NCBI RefSeq assembly: GCF_037042905.1 | Contig: NC_087250.1 | Location: forward strand, 8,186,001 to 8,250,000 | Source of the DNA: Lytechinus pictus | Lineage: Eukaryota | DNA: 64,000 nucleotides | Direction of reading: 5' to 3' | Part shown: piece by piece, positions 9,616-22,803 of the stretch | Position numbering within the stretch: the first letter of the stretch is position 1 | Layout: every line of letters starts with the position of its first letter | Notes under the pieces: generated by a model | Seen by the model: the letters and a program-made list of their open reading frames with translations, nothing else | What the model was told of the DNA's origin: nothing | Database searches by the model: none | Position numbers and translations under genes: made by a program

Positions 9616-12600
9616 GTAATAAATCACAAAGAACCAGTTTAAACTGGACCAGTCTGACCAGTAGAATTTCAACTGGTAACTCGATCTGGAAATTGCAACA
9701 TTGGTTACTTGTCTTACTGGTTCAGTGCTGCGCGTATATTTGTCCATATGAAATTAGACTGGATCAACTAAGCTAGACCAGTCAATTTAAAAAGTTACAA
9801 GTTGAAATTCCACTTGTCAAACTGATCTTGAATTACTAACTCGAAATTAAAGTGGTCTTAATATAATATTAGTCTACTGGAGTTTGTTACTGCATGGTCA
9901 CAATATTATTACTTGTGTCCTAATCTAGGATGGGGGATCGGGTGTCCGGACACTTTATATTTTTGAAGCCTTCTTTTTTGTCTTTGGATTACACTAAAAA
10001 TATGAATTCAATAGTTGTAATCATCTTCCATTTTGTTCTCCATAATATTTCCTTACATTTTGTACGAAAAATTGATGAAACTTCGCTTGTAAATTTTTCC
10101 AAATGACTTTCTAAAATTGATCGTCCGGACACACAACCTGTCCGGACACACAACAACTGGGTATAGTACTCAACTGGATTCCATACTGATCTTTCTTGGT
10201 CAAAATGCAACACGTCTTTTTTTATTATTTTTTAAAGAGATTGGGTGGTCCTTTTCAGGACCAACACTTGCCCAAGTAAAGAAAAATACGTCATGGCCAG
10301 TGGCGTACCTAGGATTTTCCACAGGGGGGGCAAAACCGTCCGCCAAAAAATTGCAAGCCAAAAAAAAATAAAGGATTTCGTACCAGAAAAAAATTGACAA
10401 GCAAAAAAAAAGAAGAAAAAAGAAGGTATTCAACTTCAAAGGAGGGGGCCACTATGGTGGCTTGTCAGGGATCAGTTGTGACTCATCGGGGGGGGGGGGG
10501 GGGGGGGGGGATGGCATAGCTAGGGACACGTCCCTTGCATGGGTTGTGAGTGTGACTCGTAAGGGGGGGGGCAGTATAGGTACGCTAGTGGGAAGATGTT
10601 GCCTGAGAAAGACGTATCCAGCCGGTTGTGGTAAAAAAAAAAAATGTATATATATATAGGGGAAGGCGGGGTAAGTTGAGCCACCACCCCCGGGCTAATA
10701 ATAGAGTTTTATTTTTTTTTTTTTGTGACGTCATATATGCAAGCATTTCTCCTTCTTTTTAAAGCAGGTATTTCTGCATTTATTCAAAATTGCAAATATA
10801 TAACAATTATTTAAAATCAAACATACATAATGATCAAATTACAACGGTGACAATGTAGTTGGCGGTGGAAGCCAACAATTTAAGGGGGCACCACATTTTT
10901 TGAAAAGCAAAAAAAAATGACAAGCAAAAAAAATTGAAGCAAAAAAAAAAGGTTATCAACAAAAAATTTAGGGGGGTTCGTAACCCCACCTAAAATTTAG
11001 GGGGGATACTCCCCCCGCCCCCACTTCCGCCGCCTATGGTTATAAGAAGATATAGACATAATTCATGTAAACAATAACAAATGAATTCAAATGCAGAGAC
11101 CAGCTACCGTAAGCTGAATGCTTGAAAAAATAGCAGCCATATATATGGCTAAAATCAATTCAATAATGGTTTGTTAAAAACATGCCTCGCAGCCAAAGGC
11201 TGAATAATTATTTTGTACAACAATTTACAACAATAGAATAATACTCAAATACAAACATGAAATGATATTAAATTACTAGTACTTCTTAATATAATACAAG
11301 GAAATAAATTACTTGCAAAGAATAGGCTTCATCATTTCAAGCGTCAATACAAACCACATAAAATAGGCTATCAAATTATCTTTTTACTCACAAGGTGTAT
11401 CAATTGTTTTCAATTATGCATATTAAAAAAAATGTGCGACACCACGTGCATAATCTCTCTCGAAAAAAAAAAGATGATAAAGAAACTAATTTAAATATAG
11501 AGACAATAGGTAGAAAAGTAAAGAAAAAAAGAATAAAAAAGAAAACGAAAGGGAAAAGAAAAGAAAAGACAAGAAACGAAGAAAAAAGAGCAAAAGTCAA
11601 AAAGAAAAGAATGAAACAGTAAAGAAAGGAAAAGAAAATCAACTACGAAACGAAAAGTAGATGAACAAAATATGAAAATAATAAAAACAAAACGGAAAAG
11701 GGGATAAAAAATAAAGAAAGTGAAAAGAAATCACGAGGGAGAACTAAGAAATAATATTAGAACACGAGAAAAGAATGAAGAAAAAAATTACATGAAAAGA
11801 AGCTAATCGAATAAAAACAAAAGGCCGTTAAAATAGTGATTTATTCACTGGCTGCCACGCAGCCAAACCATCGAAAAAGAAATTACGCCACTAAGTTAGA
11901 CTTATGAATATTCATATTACCCTTTCTCGCATGCCTCATACGATAGCCTTTTGTCAAAGACTTCTAGTATATTTCTATAGGATCCTCAGTAATAAACAGG
12001 GTGAAATTAATAGGAAGAGCGTATTATAAACGTATTATAATCGATTATTATTTTATTTTTTGTTTTTATAAGGATTAGGCTATTATTTTTCTTTTGTTTT
12101 TGTTTTCTGCTAGCACGAAGATAAAAATCAATTTATCTCGTTGCCTCGTCAAAAGGCTATATCGATCCTCCATTGCTTCCTGTACAAACGACTTTTAATG
12201 CACACCGGCAAAATTTTCCGACGTTTTTGCTTCGTTTTGGGGAATTATTTCGAAGTTTTGAGGGCCGCCCATATTGCGCCTTAAGTTGTAAGTATGTATT
12301 GATTCCTTTGTAACAGTTTTGTGCAATTTTATGTATTTTTGATTGATTCCCGATGCTCATCTGGTTTGATCTGGTGAGCCGGGGTGAATCACAACGCAGC
12401 CCGAACACAGTACGTGTTCGGGCTGCCGCAGTAAGGGAGTTCGGTGACTTTTTTGGTTGAATTTCTCTTAAAAGAATCCCAACAAATTTTAAACCATGGC
12501 CTGGCCCTGGGTGGCATTGAAAAACTTGTGAAATAAGAAAAATAGATTCTAATAATGGTGCTTCAAAATCAAATTCAATCAACTCATTGTCTGAAATATT

Positions 12601-14065
12601 CACGGAGATATATTCTTGTTTCAATAAAGGGGAGAATGTGCCGGTTTTTTTTTTTCTAGGCCTAGGCCTACAGCAAAAGTAGATTCATTTAGATCTAATT
12701 AGTTCTAACACCTGTCTAAAAGTTAATCTAGGCTAGGCATAATCTAACTTAGTCTTAGACTTAGTCTAGATCTAGATCAGTGAGTAGATCACTCAGTAGT
12801 CCATGAAGTGTCTATTATTTATTAAGGAATTTTTATGCTCTTTCTGATGGTATGATTTTTGTAAAGATTTGGAAACCAGATCACAATGAAAAATTGCGAC
12901 AAAGTGAAAAAAATTGTGCAAAATAGAAATTTCATTTTCCCATAGGGCATAGGCTCACCCAAGCCAAGGGTTCATTACATGCCGCCGCGCACAGAAAAAT
13001 CAAGCCATAGTCATACTCATAGAACTAGAAGTCGTGTGTTGTGAACCCAAGAAGTTCAAGAAGTGAGATCCCAGGTACCGGTATAGACTATAGGCCTAGT
13101 ACTACTAGGCCTACGGCATAGGTATAGAAAACGCATGGGGAAATGACAATCTCAACACAAACACAAATAAGGGTTTGCAATTTATCTCTAAATCCTCATT
13201 TCAAATAATCCTATAAACTTGTCCTTACTGTCAAAAGAGCCGTAGTGTACTAGCGGTAGTGAAGTGGAGCCTGCACGAACATCGCCTGAGGCTGAGGTAG
13301 TTGCGGGGCGCGGGCCGCCTCCCGCGGCCAAGAAAATTAGCGCAGGCGAAGCCAACACAGGCACAGCAACAACAGTTTCAGAGAAAGAACGTCAACCCCC
13401 AAATTTCACACCTTTCTACTTTCAACTTCGTAGCCTTGTATTATTACTTTTAATACATAATCATAATACAGTAATAAATGTAAGTTTCCTACCGTGAGAG
13501 TCGGTAATCCAACTCCAAGTGAATGTAAAAAAGTGTTGGAAAGAAGTTTTTGAAGTTGCCGCCATTACGCCTCAGCGCTATATCGATATCCTTGCATATC
13601 GTTTCGATTTATATCGAGAGTCGTCGATATCGATCGAGAATAAACTTTTTATGTACCGCGATTTGAATGCGATAAAGTCAAAATACAATCTCTGAAAGCA
13701 CAAGAAAATCTCAAGCAGCCCAAAGACTGAAATACGCGAATGTATAAAAAAAAGGAATCATAACAAAAATATAAAGTAAACATTATAACTGAATATTCCA
13801 ATACAATACAAAAATTCATACAGAAATGTACAGTACCGGTTAGACAGGAATAACCGTCGTTTCTGGGGATTTATTCAACAATTTCTGACATTTTACTGTA
13901 AAGTGAGTGAGCCAACGCAGTTCAGCGGAACAACCAAAATACAGAGACTGAAGCTTTTGGTCTAAGTACCGGTATGTAAACATAAGCACAAAAATGTTTT
14001 CATTTAATTGGCGATGCATGATGGTCAGGTGTAAGCGCATGCGCATATGCCGCATACATAATGAG

Positions 14066-14616
14066 CCCGGGGGGGCCACTTACATTGACGAGTGGATACC
14101 ATGCGCGACCAAAAAAACACGTAAAAAGGATGTCCTTTTCACGATAGGGCACGTTACGTACGTAACGTGATAAGGGTGTCAAAAACACAAAAATAATAAA
14201 AAAAGGGTGTCTATTTCGCTAGGAAAATTACGTGTTTAGGGTCGAATTTGCGGGAATGATAAAACAAAATTAAAATGTTTTATAAAGGATGTCCATTTTG
14301 CCCCAACACTTCGTGTTTAGAGTCCGATTTGCGCGAGGTGTAGAAGGTGGGGTCGTACTAAACCAAATAAGGTAAAGCCGACGACCGAAGGACCCGTAAC
14401 AATAAAACATTCCTGTACTTGTTTAGGGGTTCATTTCAGGGAATATTTGCCAAGAGTATCGTTTTGTTTCCAATACTTGTTAAGGGTAGGGTTTCACACG
14501 CCAATACTTGTTAAGGGGTGCATTTTCAGAATATGGAAATTACGTGTTTAGGGTGTTTTTCGAGACCCTATGGTCGCGCATGGTATCCACTCGTGAATGG
14601 AAGTGGCCCCCCCGGG
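14066..14616. mobile_element. Non-autonomous DNA transposon (MITE) with ~45-bp TIRs and 8-bp TSD
   Basis: TIR CCCGGGGGGGCCACTT...GAGTGGATACCATGCGCGACC; TSD ATAATGAG at 14058-14065 and 14617-14624. Confidence 0.85.
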
Positions 14617-14857
14617 ATAATGAGTTAATCTTAACTTTTACAGTGATGTCATTTTTTTCTGACTTGTGCAACTTTAGGCCTACATTATGGACGGTACATT
14701 TTGGATGGTACGTGTGCAGCAACGGTACGAATGTTTGAAATTCAGCCTCCCATTTGCTCTCGTACAAAAAGTTAAGTAGTTGTAAAATTAACTATATTTA
14801 ATAGTGAACGTTCTATCATACAATATTACTGGACTATTATGAACTCCAAATATAATA

Positions 14858-15560
14858 AACTCCTCAAAAAAAGTTTGGAAATCTGACTTTTATCGATAAT
14901 TCCTCCTCGGTTTTAATAAATATCAATATGTGATTAATATTAATAAATAGATCATTTAATTCTCTTTAAAATGATACCCTACATCATATGATTAGGAGCC
15001 TATGGTTCACATGGAGGTGCAGTGCCTTGAAATGTGGGGCAAGGCCGGTCAAAATAATTGTTTTTATGCACCTTAACATCAACATTAGCATGGAATCAAA
15101 CACCTCTGCACAAGCAAACACATAAACAAACGACGACTCAAACCATGTTATCTCACATAACCATCACTACATAAACCACAACAAAACGTAAAAAAATGAA
15201 GAAGCAGGGGCTTGATTTGAATGGATTTTCATCTCTATTAACACAGACAAAAGAATCATGTTCTGTATTTCATCCAGCACTTTTGAATCCTGCTCTTTTC
15301 GTGATGGCATGATCAGAGCAAACATGGTATCATTTTAAAAAGAATTAAATGATCTTTTGAATGATATCAAATATGCATTGTGTAAAATTGGGAGTTGGGA
15401 GCCTTTAATAATGGCTTTTCAATTCAGACCTCCGTCATCCAACACTTTTGAATCCTGCTCTTTTCGTGATGGCATGATCATATAGTATAAGCATGGTATC
15501 ATTTTAAAGAGAATTAAATGATCTTTTGAATGACGTCAAATATAACTTTTTTGGAGGGGT
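14858..15560. mobile_element. Degenerate Tc1/mariner-like non-autonomous element with internal ~160-bp direct repeat
   Basis: Ends actcctcaaaaaaagtt / aacttttttggagggg flanked by TA; repeat ~15272-15390 vs ~15436-15540. Confidence 0.45.
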
Positions 15561-17299
15561 TAATTATCCTTCGCGTGCAGGTTGATTTCAGCCAGCACTC
15601 GGGATAATTTTATATTTGTCGTACATAATTATAATCAAGTAGTATTGTGCACTATTTATACAGAAAATGAAATTTCATTGATTTTTTTAATTCACGTTAC
15701 AGAGAACGCTGCTCAAAAATAATACTAATTAAATAAAGAAATTTCTACTAACTATATTAATGGATGGATTTTCCTCAAACTTTTACCCATTTTTTTCATT
15801 TTTCTGCGATTTTTACACTAAACTTTTTTCAGCGTGAGCTTCCCATTTAAACATGTTCAAATGTGATGAAATGGATATTTAGGTACGTTCCTGCAAAAGA
15901 ACTCAACCTCAAAAGAAAATTGAAATTACGTGTATAATAAGATGGTTTGCCAGATTTTTTTCAGTATGATGTTTCGACTCCTTGATGACCTAAGTTGATC
16001 TCATCCTCCTCTGAGGATTAACATGTGATATCACCCAAAGATTATTTGTACCAAATATGAACACAATTGATGCAGAAATAACGAAATGAGAGCAAGTTAA
16101 AACAAAATTTGTGAGAAAATGGTGCACTATGGCCTCATATAATTCGTCTTTTGACCCTTGGCTGACCTTTGAACAAAATCATCCTCGTGAACGCAAGCAC
16201 AATAGTAGAGCGGATAAGCCGAACAATTGTGCAAATTATGACTAAAGCATGAAACTTTCACAAGTATTAGTATATGCCGTAAGATTTATTTTAAAGATGG
16301 GAGGTAAATTTTTAAATGCCATTTTCGGCCGTTGCCATGGCAACGGAGTAATTTCCCTCTAGAAAGGTAAAAATATTGGTAAAATGTAAAATACATGTAT
16401 GATCATCATTCCATTTTCCCTAATTTTAAGGTACTAATCGAGATATGTTTGTGACTAAATTTATAAATATAACATCTTAAGCCATTGCCATGGCAACCAG
16501 ATAACATCTGATTTAAAAATAAACAACAACATGGATGACAAGGTTATTGACAGGTGAAAAATACAATGAAAAGAAAGTTATTGTACATGCCCGTAAGGTT
16601 TGACCTACTCAATTAATTTAGGGGAAAATAATACAGTGAGTGTTCTGCATGAACTAATTAGAATGATAAACATTGATGTTGCTTTGGTAAAGCTTGAATT
16701 CAACGATAAATATCAATGTTCCAAATGGCCTGTTGCCATAGCAACGGATCATTTACCCAAGAAAAGTACCAGTTTTTATTTTTGAAAAGGACTGTATAAT
16801 CTGATTTTTCTTTCATTTCCCCTAGTTTTAGGGTAAGAATGGATATGTTTGCTGTAAACATGCAAATAACATCTAAAGTCATTGTCATGGCAACCAAATA
16901 ACATCTAATTTGAAAAAAAAATAACATGGTTGACATGATAATGGACAGGTGGAAAATGCAATTTATAACAATTAACTCAAGGTTTGACCCAGTCATTTAA
17001 TTTTGAACAAAGATTACAGTGTTTCGCATAAGTTCATTAGAATGATGAAATTTGAGGTTGCCTTGGTAATGCTTGGATTTAATGATAAATATCAATGCTG
17101 TATATGGCCCGTTGCCATGGCAACGACTCTTTTTTTCCCAAGAAAAGTACAAAATTTGATCGAAAAACAGTTTAGAATCTGCATTTTGTCATATAAAATT
17201 TGCCCTAATTTTAGGGTGCAAAGCATAAATAATTATCTTTGCTGTTGATATACAAATAACTTAAGCCATTGCCATGACAACCAAATAACATCTAATTTC

Positions 17300-19880
17300 A
17301 GTGGCTTAATTTGGTTTCTATGCAATGGTTTTAAGGGTACATTGGGACTAGTTACAAGGACAGCCAGTGGTCTGATGTGTCCAAAACCCTAAGACGGCTT
17401 CCAAAAATGGAGTTTGAAATGGCTGTTGATATATAAATGGACCGTCATTTCATATCCGTCTGGGATATATGATTTTGGTGTCTAGACCATGGTTTCAATT
17501 GTCAAATAATACACTTTGGCAAGTTAGACGGACAGTCAGTTGTCCAGTATATCAAAAAAATCCAAGATGGCTTCCAAAAATGGGGTCTAAAATTGCTGTT
17601 GCTGCATTAAAAAACGTAGTTTGTCTAATATGTTTATGCCATGGTTAAATGGGTCAAAGAATACATTAGGACAAGTTACAAGGACAGTCAATGGTCAAGT
17701 ATGTCCAAAAATCCAAGGTGGCTTCCAAAAATGGAATATAAAATAGTCCCTGTTACTAACATATGGACATATTTCGTGTAATATCTGCCAAGGGCATATT
17801 ATTTTTATATCTAAACCATGGTTTTAAAAGTCAGTAAATACACCATGTACATTGGAACAAGTTACAAGGACAGTCAGTAATCCAGTATGTCTAAACATCG
17901 AAGATGGCTTCTAACAATTGGAGTCTAATCGGAGTCTGTTACTTAAAAATTGACATAGTTCATTTAAAATCCACCACGGAAAAATTATTTTGGTGTTCAC
18001 ACTTTGGTTTCAAGGTTTAAAAAAATACCTTTAGACTGGTTACAATGATATCCAGTTGTCTAAAATGACTTCTATCACTCAAAAATTATCAGAGTTCATA
18101 CAACATCCACCTTTGAGAAACATTTTTGGTGTCTACACTGTGGTATGAGGGGTCCACTATTTATAGGACAAGTAACAAGGATGGTTAGTTTTCAATTTTG
18201 TCCAAACTCCAAGGTAGATTCTAAAATTACATAAAAATTGGTGCTGTTACTAACTCTAATCTGCTTGCATTTTGAATGTAGGCACCAAAATTACTTCTCA
18301 CAACTGGATATTATATCTACTTCAAAGAAACAACCGTCATTTTAGAACCCATTTATGGAAGCAATCTTGGATTCTCAGGCAAAATGGAAAATTGTAACCA
18401 GTCCCAAAGTATCATTTGATCCTTAAAACCCTATAGTGTAGACACAAAAATAACATCCCCATGTGTATTTTTAATGTACTATGTCCACTTTTAAGTAACA
18501 TTAAAACCCCAATTTTCAAGCCATCTTTGAGTTTTTTGGACACAATAATGACACCTGACTGTCCTTTCAACTTAACGAAATGTACAGTGTTATTTGACCC
18601 TTTAAACAACTAGTGTAGCCACCAAAACCATATCCTTAATGTACATGTATATTATTAATGAAGTATATGTCCATATTGAAGTACCAACAGTCAATTTAGA
18701 CCCCATTTAGAGGCCATCTTTGATTTTTTTACATACCAGTCCACTGACTGTCCTTGTAACTTTTTCTAATGCATTAAACCATGGTTTTATGATTATGGTT
18801 TAGACATTAAAATCATATTCCCCAGACAGATATTGAACAAACTATGTTCTAGTTTATAATTTGACTCTTGAAACGATGGTTTGGACACTAAAGGCAGATA
18901 TAGAATGAGCTATGTCAATTTTTAACAACAGTCAATTTTAGACCCCATTTTTGTAAGCCATCTTGCCTTTTTTAACATACCAGACCACTGACTCTCCTTG
19001 TAACTTGTCCTAATGCATCACTTGACCCTTTAAACTATGGTTTAGACACCAAAATCATATTCCCAGACAGATATTGAACAAACTATGTTTATTTGTAAGC
19101 AACATTAGACATTGTTTTATACCTTTTTTGAAGCCATCTTGGAATTTTGGACATACTAGACCACTGACTGTCCGTGTAGCTTGTCCTAATGTATTATTAG
19201 CCTTTGAAATCGTAGTTAAGACATCATATCTCAAAGGTGAATATAAAATGAGCTATTACACTTTTAAGTATCAGCAGCCATTTTAGAATCATTTTTGGAA
19301 GCCATATTGGATTTTCGGACATACCTGACTGTCGTTGTAACTTGTCCTAATATTATTAGACTCTTGAAATCAATGATTTAGACACCAAAATCACATCCCC
19401 AGGCCGATATGAAATGAGCTACGTCCGCTTTAGGTATCAGCAACCATTTTAGATTCAATTTTTTGAAGCCATCTTAGGTTTTTGGACATTCTCTAGACCA
19501 CTGGCTGTCCCTGTAACCATAGGCGGCGGGGAGGACGGGGGCACCTGTCCCCCCTAAATTTGAGGTGGGGGGGGGGGGGGCGGTCCCCCTAAATGTTTAG
19601 TTGAGAACCTTTTTTTTTTTTTACTTTTCATTTTTTTTCCTGCATACCCCCTAAATTCAGGTGGACCCCCCTAAATATGTTATTGTCCCCCCTAAAATTT
19701 TGGTTGATAACCTTTTTTTTTTTTTTTTTTTGCTTGTCAATTTTTTTACCTGTGTCCATCCCAAAATTTCAGGTGGACCCCCCCTTAATTTTTTCCTTCC
19801 GCCGCCAATGCCTGTAACTTGGCCCAATGTACTACTTGATCCTTAAAACCAATGAATAGAAACCATTTAAAATAAAGCCA
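17300..19880. repeat. Foldback array of ~120-bp tandem units in two inverted arms
   Basis: Units with tccaagatggcttccaaaaatgg on the left arm and the reverse complement (gaagccatcttgg) on the right arm; turn near 18250-18320. Confidence 0.75.
19518..19810. mobile_element. hAT-like G/C-tract MITE, 8-bp TSD
   Basis: CATAGGCGGCGG...CCGCCGCCAATG; TSD CCTGTAAC; same family at 43494-43701 and ~10855-11038. Confidence 0.8.
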
Positions 19881-22604
19881 TTTTATCAAGTAATTGATGA
19901 ATTGTGGATTTTTAGCCTACGGCAGCCAGTGAGGGCACCATCTTGGATTTTTCTGTTACCCTGGAGTGCTTAAATTATTTTCAACCTTTCAACCAGTATT
20001 AAGGGTATTTAAATAAATTTAAATATTTTAATAAGTCTACTTATGTAAAATAACCAGTGAATAGATTACACTTCATGTTGAATATATTCATAATTATGTT
20101 ACTTTAAAAATTATCACAGTATTTCAAAATCAGTAGTGTAATTTTGAGGGGTCAGATATGACGTATCGAGCAAAATTTATTTTAAAAAGTTGTCAGCAAG
20201 CCCAGCGAAAGAGTAAAACTTTCGAAATTGTTCATAACAAAAATAAGATTTTGAAAAATATTTTCGGTATAGTATTGGTAAAATGATTATATTTCGTCCA
20301 TCTCCTTTTCACTTTTCTTTATTTTTTTCTTGGTAATTATTTTTTTTGGGGGGAGTAGGGTTGCAAAATTCCCGGGAATTCTCTTGATGGAAACTTTAAA
20401 CGGGAATTTTGTGGGAATTTTTTTAATTTTCTGCAATTTTCAGGAATTTTCAAGAAATGATGTGAATTTTCAAAAAGTAACAATTTTCTGATATCTATAT
20501 GCAGAAATTGAAAGGCGTACCCTGGCAGATGATGCTTGATAGTGCTTTGCCATCAAATTTCATGCCAAGTATTATGCTTAAACAGCTGACTGTTTATACA
20601 AGGCATAATTTTAATGATTTCCATGTAAAAGTTGATTTACTGTATTTACTTTGATTAGGAGTTCAAGACCATGTCAACTCCTGTTGTCAAATAGACTTAA
20701 GATTTTGATTTATCAACGCCTATAATCCCCTTATATATTGATATGATGAACGGCTTTAAAGCACAATTCACCCCAAGACGCTTTCTTCAAAATGGCCGCC
20801 TGCGAATACTTTGAATGAAATTGTCCAGCATCGAAAGTTTCGGGAATTTATTTAAGCCCCAAAAAGTCTGAAATGATTTTTGTAGGTCTTATTTCGATGC
20901 CATGTATAATGAAATAAGATGGTGCTTATCATTTAGCATATTTATGTTCAGCACCCTCAAATAAGTGTAAAGGAAATAAAATTAACATATTTTTATCAAC
21001 ATTTGTACCTTTCTGGGGCCGTTGGCAACATTGATATTTATCATTATTAGTCCAGGATAGGCCCCATAGAGAAGGGGTCGAACCTTGTTTTTTTATATAT
21101 ACAATGTTTTTTAACGGTTTTATGTCAATTCGAGGGTGCTGATTCCGAATCTGAATGATGCCACTCGCGTAACCTTGAGCGTTTTCCGCAAATTGGCAAA
21201 ATCCAAGATGGCCGCCCAAAATAGGTTTTGGGCCATGATAGTCATTAAAGTTCACATTTTATGACCTTAAAATGTTTCTAAATGTGATGTATGCCTGTAG
21301 CAATATCTGAAAATTATTTCTTACCTAATATTAGTAATTTTTCATGGTAAAAAATTATCTTTTTGCCTTTCAAAATGGCCGCCATTCATGTAATTTGAAA
21401 CATTATGAATTGGAAAATTAATATGTGAAGAAAGCTTAGGGCAACGTCACAGGGTGCGCATATTTATTAATGAAAACACTAAACAATAATCAAAAGGAAA
21501 CAAAAAATATACTATTTACTTACCTTTTGGATAATAAATTCAATATTTAATGAAATGAACTGGAAAGCCCGTAGGCATATCTGTGGTATATATTTAAAGA
21601 TACTTTGTAATTATCCAAACCTTTAATGCTAATGGGTAAAAGACCACACGCCGCCTCGTGATTGTATTCCACAAATTCAATTGAAATAAAAAAAATTATG
21701 TACAAAGCAAACACATAGGCAACTGATCACAGCTTAAATGGCCATAATCAGCTTAAATGGCAATAATTTGTAACAATATAGCTGCCTTTTCAGCTTACCT
21801 GTATACCCATTAACTGGCACGCGACTTGGTATGCAGCATCTTAGAACTGACCCAGGGTTACGTTAATGAGGTAAGTTGAGATATTTTCTTAATGTTCTTT
21901 GAAGAAAAAATCTAATAAATAGGGATTTTAACTCAAATATATGAAACAACTATTCACTAAAACTGTGTATGGCCTACCTAATATACAGACCCACATACTC
22001 ATTAGATTGTGGCTAATGATGACATTGATAAGTTGACAAATAAGACTGCATCATCGTATATTTTTCAGTGCAGTAGATTGTTTTATATAATGGCCATGTT
22101 GTGGTTGATAACTGCTCTACTTTGTCCCCTCATACAGATATATACTTACCGTAAAGTGGTATTAACAAGATTATCATTATACCTTTAATTCGATTTGGTC
22201 AAAAGTGATGGTTATAGCAGATTGTTCAGACCAGGGAACAAAATAAAAAGAAAAAAAAGAAGGCACGGCACTTTGGATTAAAAAAATGGCATTTGAGAAG
22301 CAAAACATTTGAAATCAAAATTCTTATGATCATTTATTTAAAGGAAGTAAGCTTTTTTCAGCCTGACTTTTATGATAATGGATGGCTTCATTTTGTGGAA
22401 TGGTGTATAATATTTAACTTCTTCCAATATTTTTTTGGGTCGGAATTCCCTGAATTGCTATACTACAATCTGATATATTCAATATTCAACCCTAATATTT
22501 CATCAGACATCCTATGCTCCTTTTAAAATCTGCGATTTTATTTCTACGGCATTTTCTAAACCATTTGTGCTTATTTTATTCCATATGCCGAAGCAGAACA
22601 TTTC

Positions 22605-22607
<3 letters not shown>

Positions 22608-22685
<78 letters not shown>

Positions 22686-22686
22686 T
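22608..22686. repeat. (TA)n microsatellite
   Basis: ~40 TA units upstream of the transposase acceptor at 22790. Confidence 0.95.
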
Positions 22687-22803
22687 GTTTACGGCAATGG
22701 GGGAGGTAGCGTCCACTTTGGAAGGATAAAATTTGAAATAAATGAACAATCAGAGTTCTTGATATTTTGATGTTTTCAATACCCCTCCAGCTTACCTGGG
22801 ACG

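Noticed and set aside
12157..13497. ORFs 12157-12624 (-) and 13264-13497 (+) as genes
   Set aside because: Non-ATG starts, no recognisable domains, no convincing exon chain.
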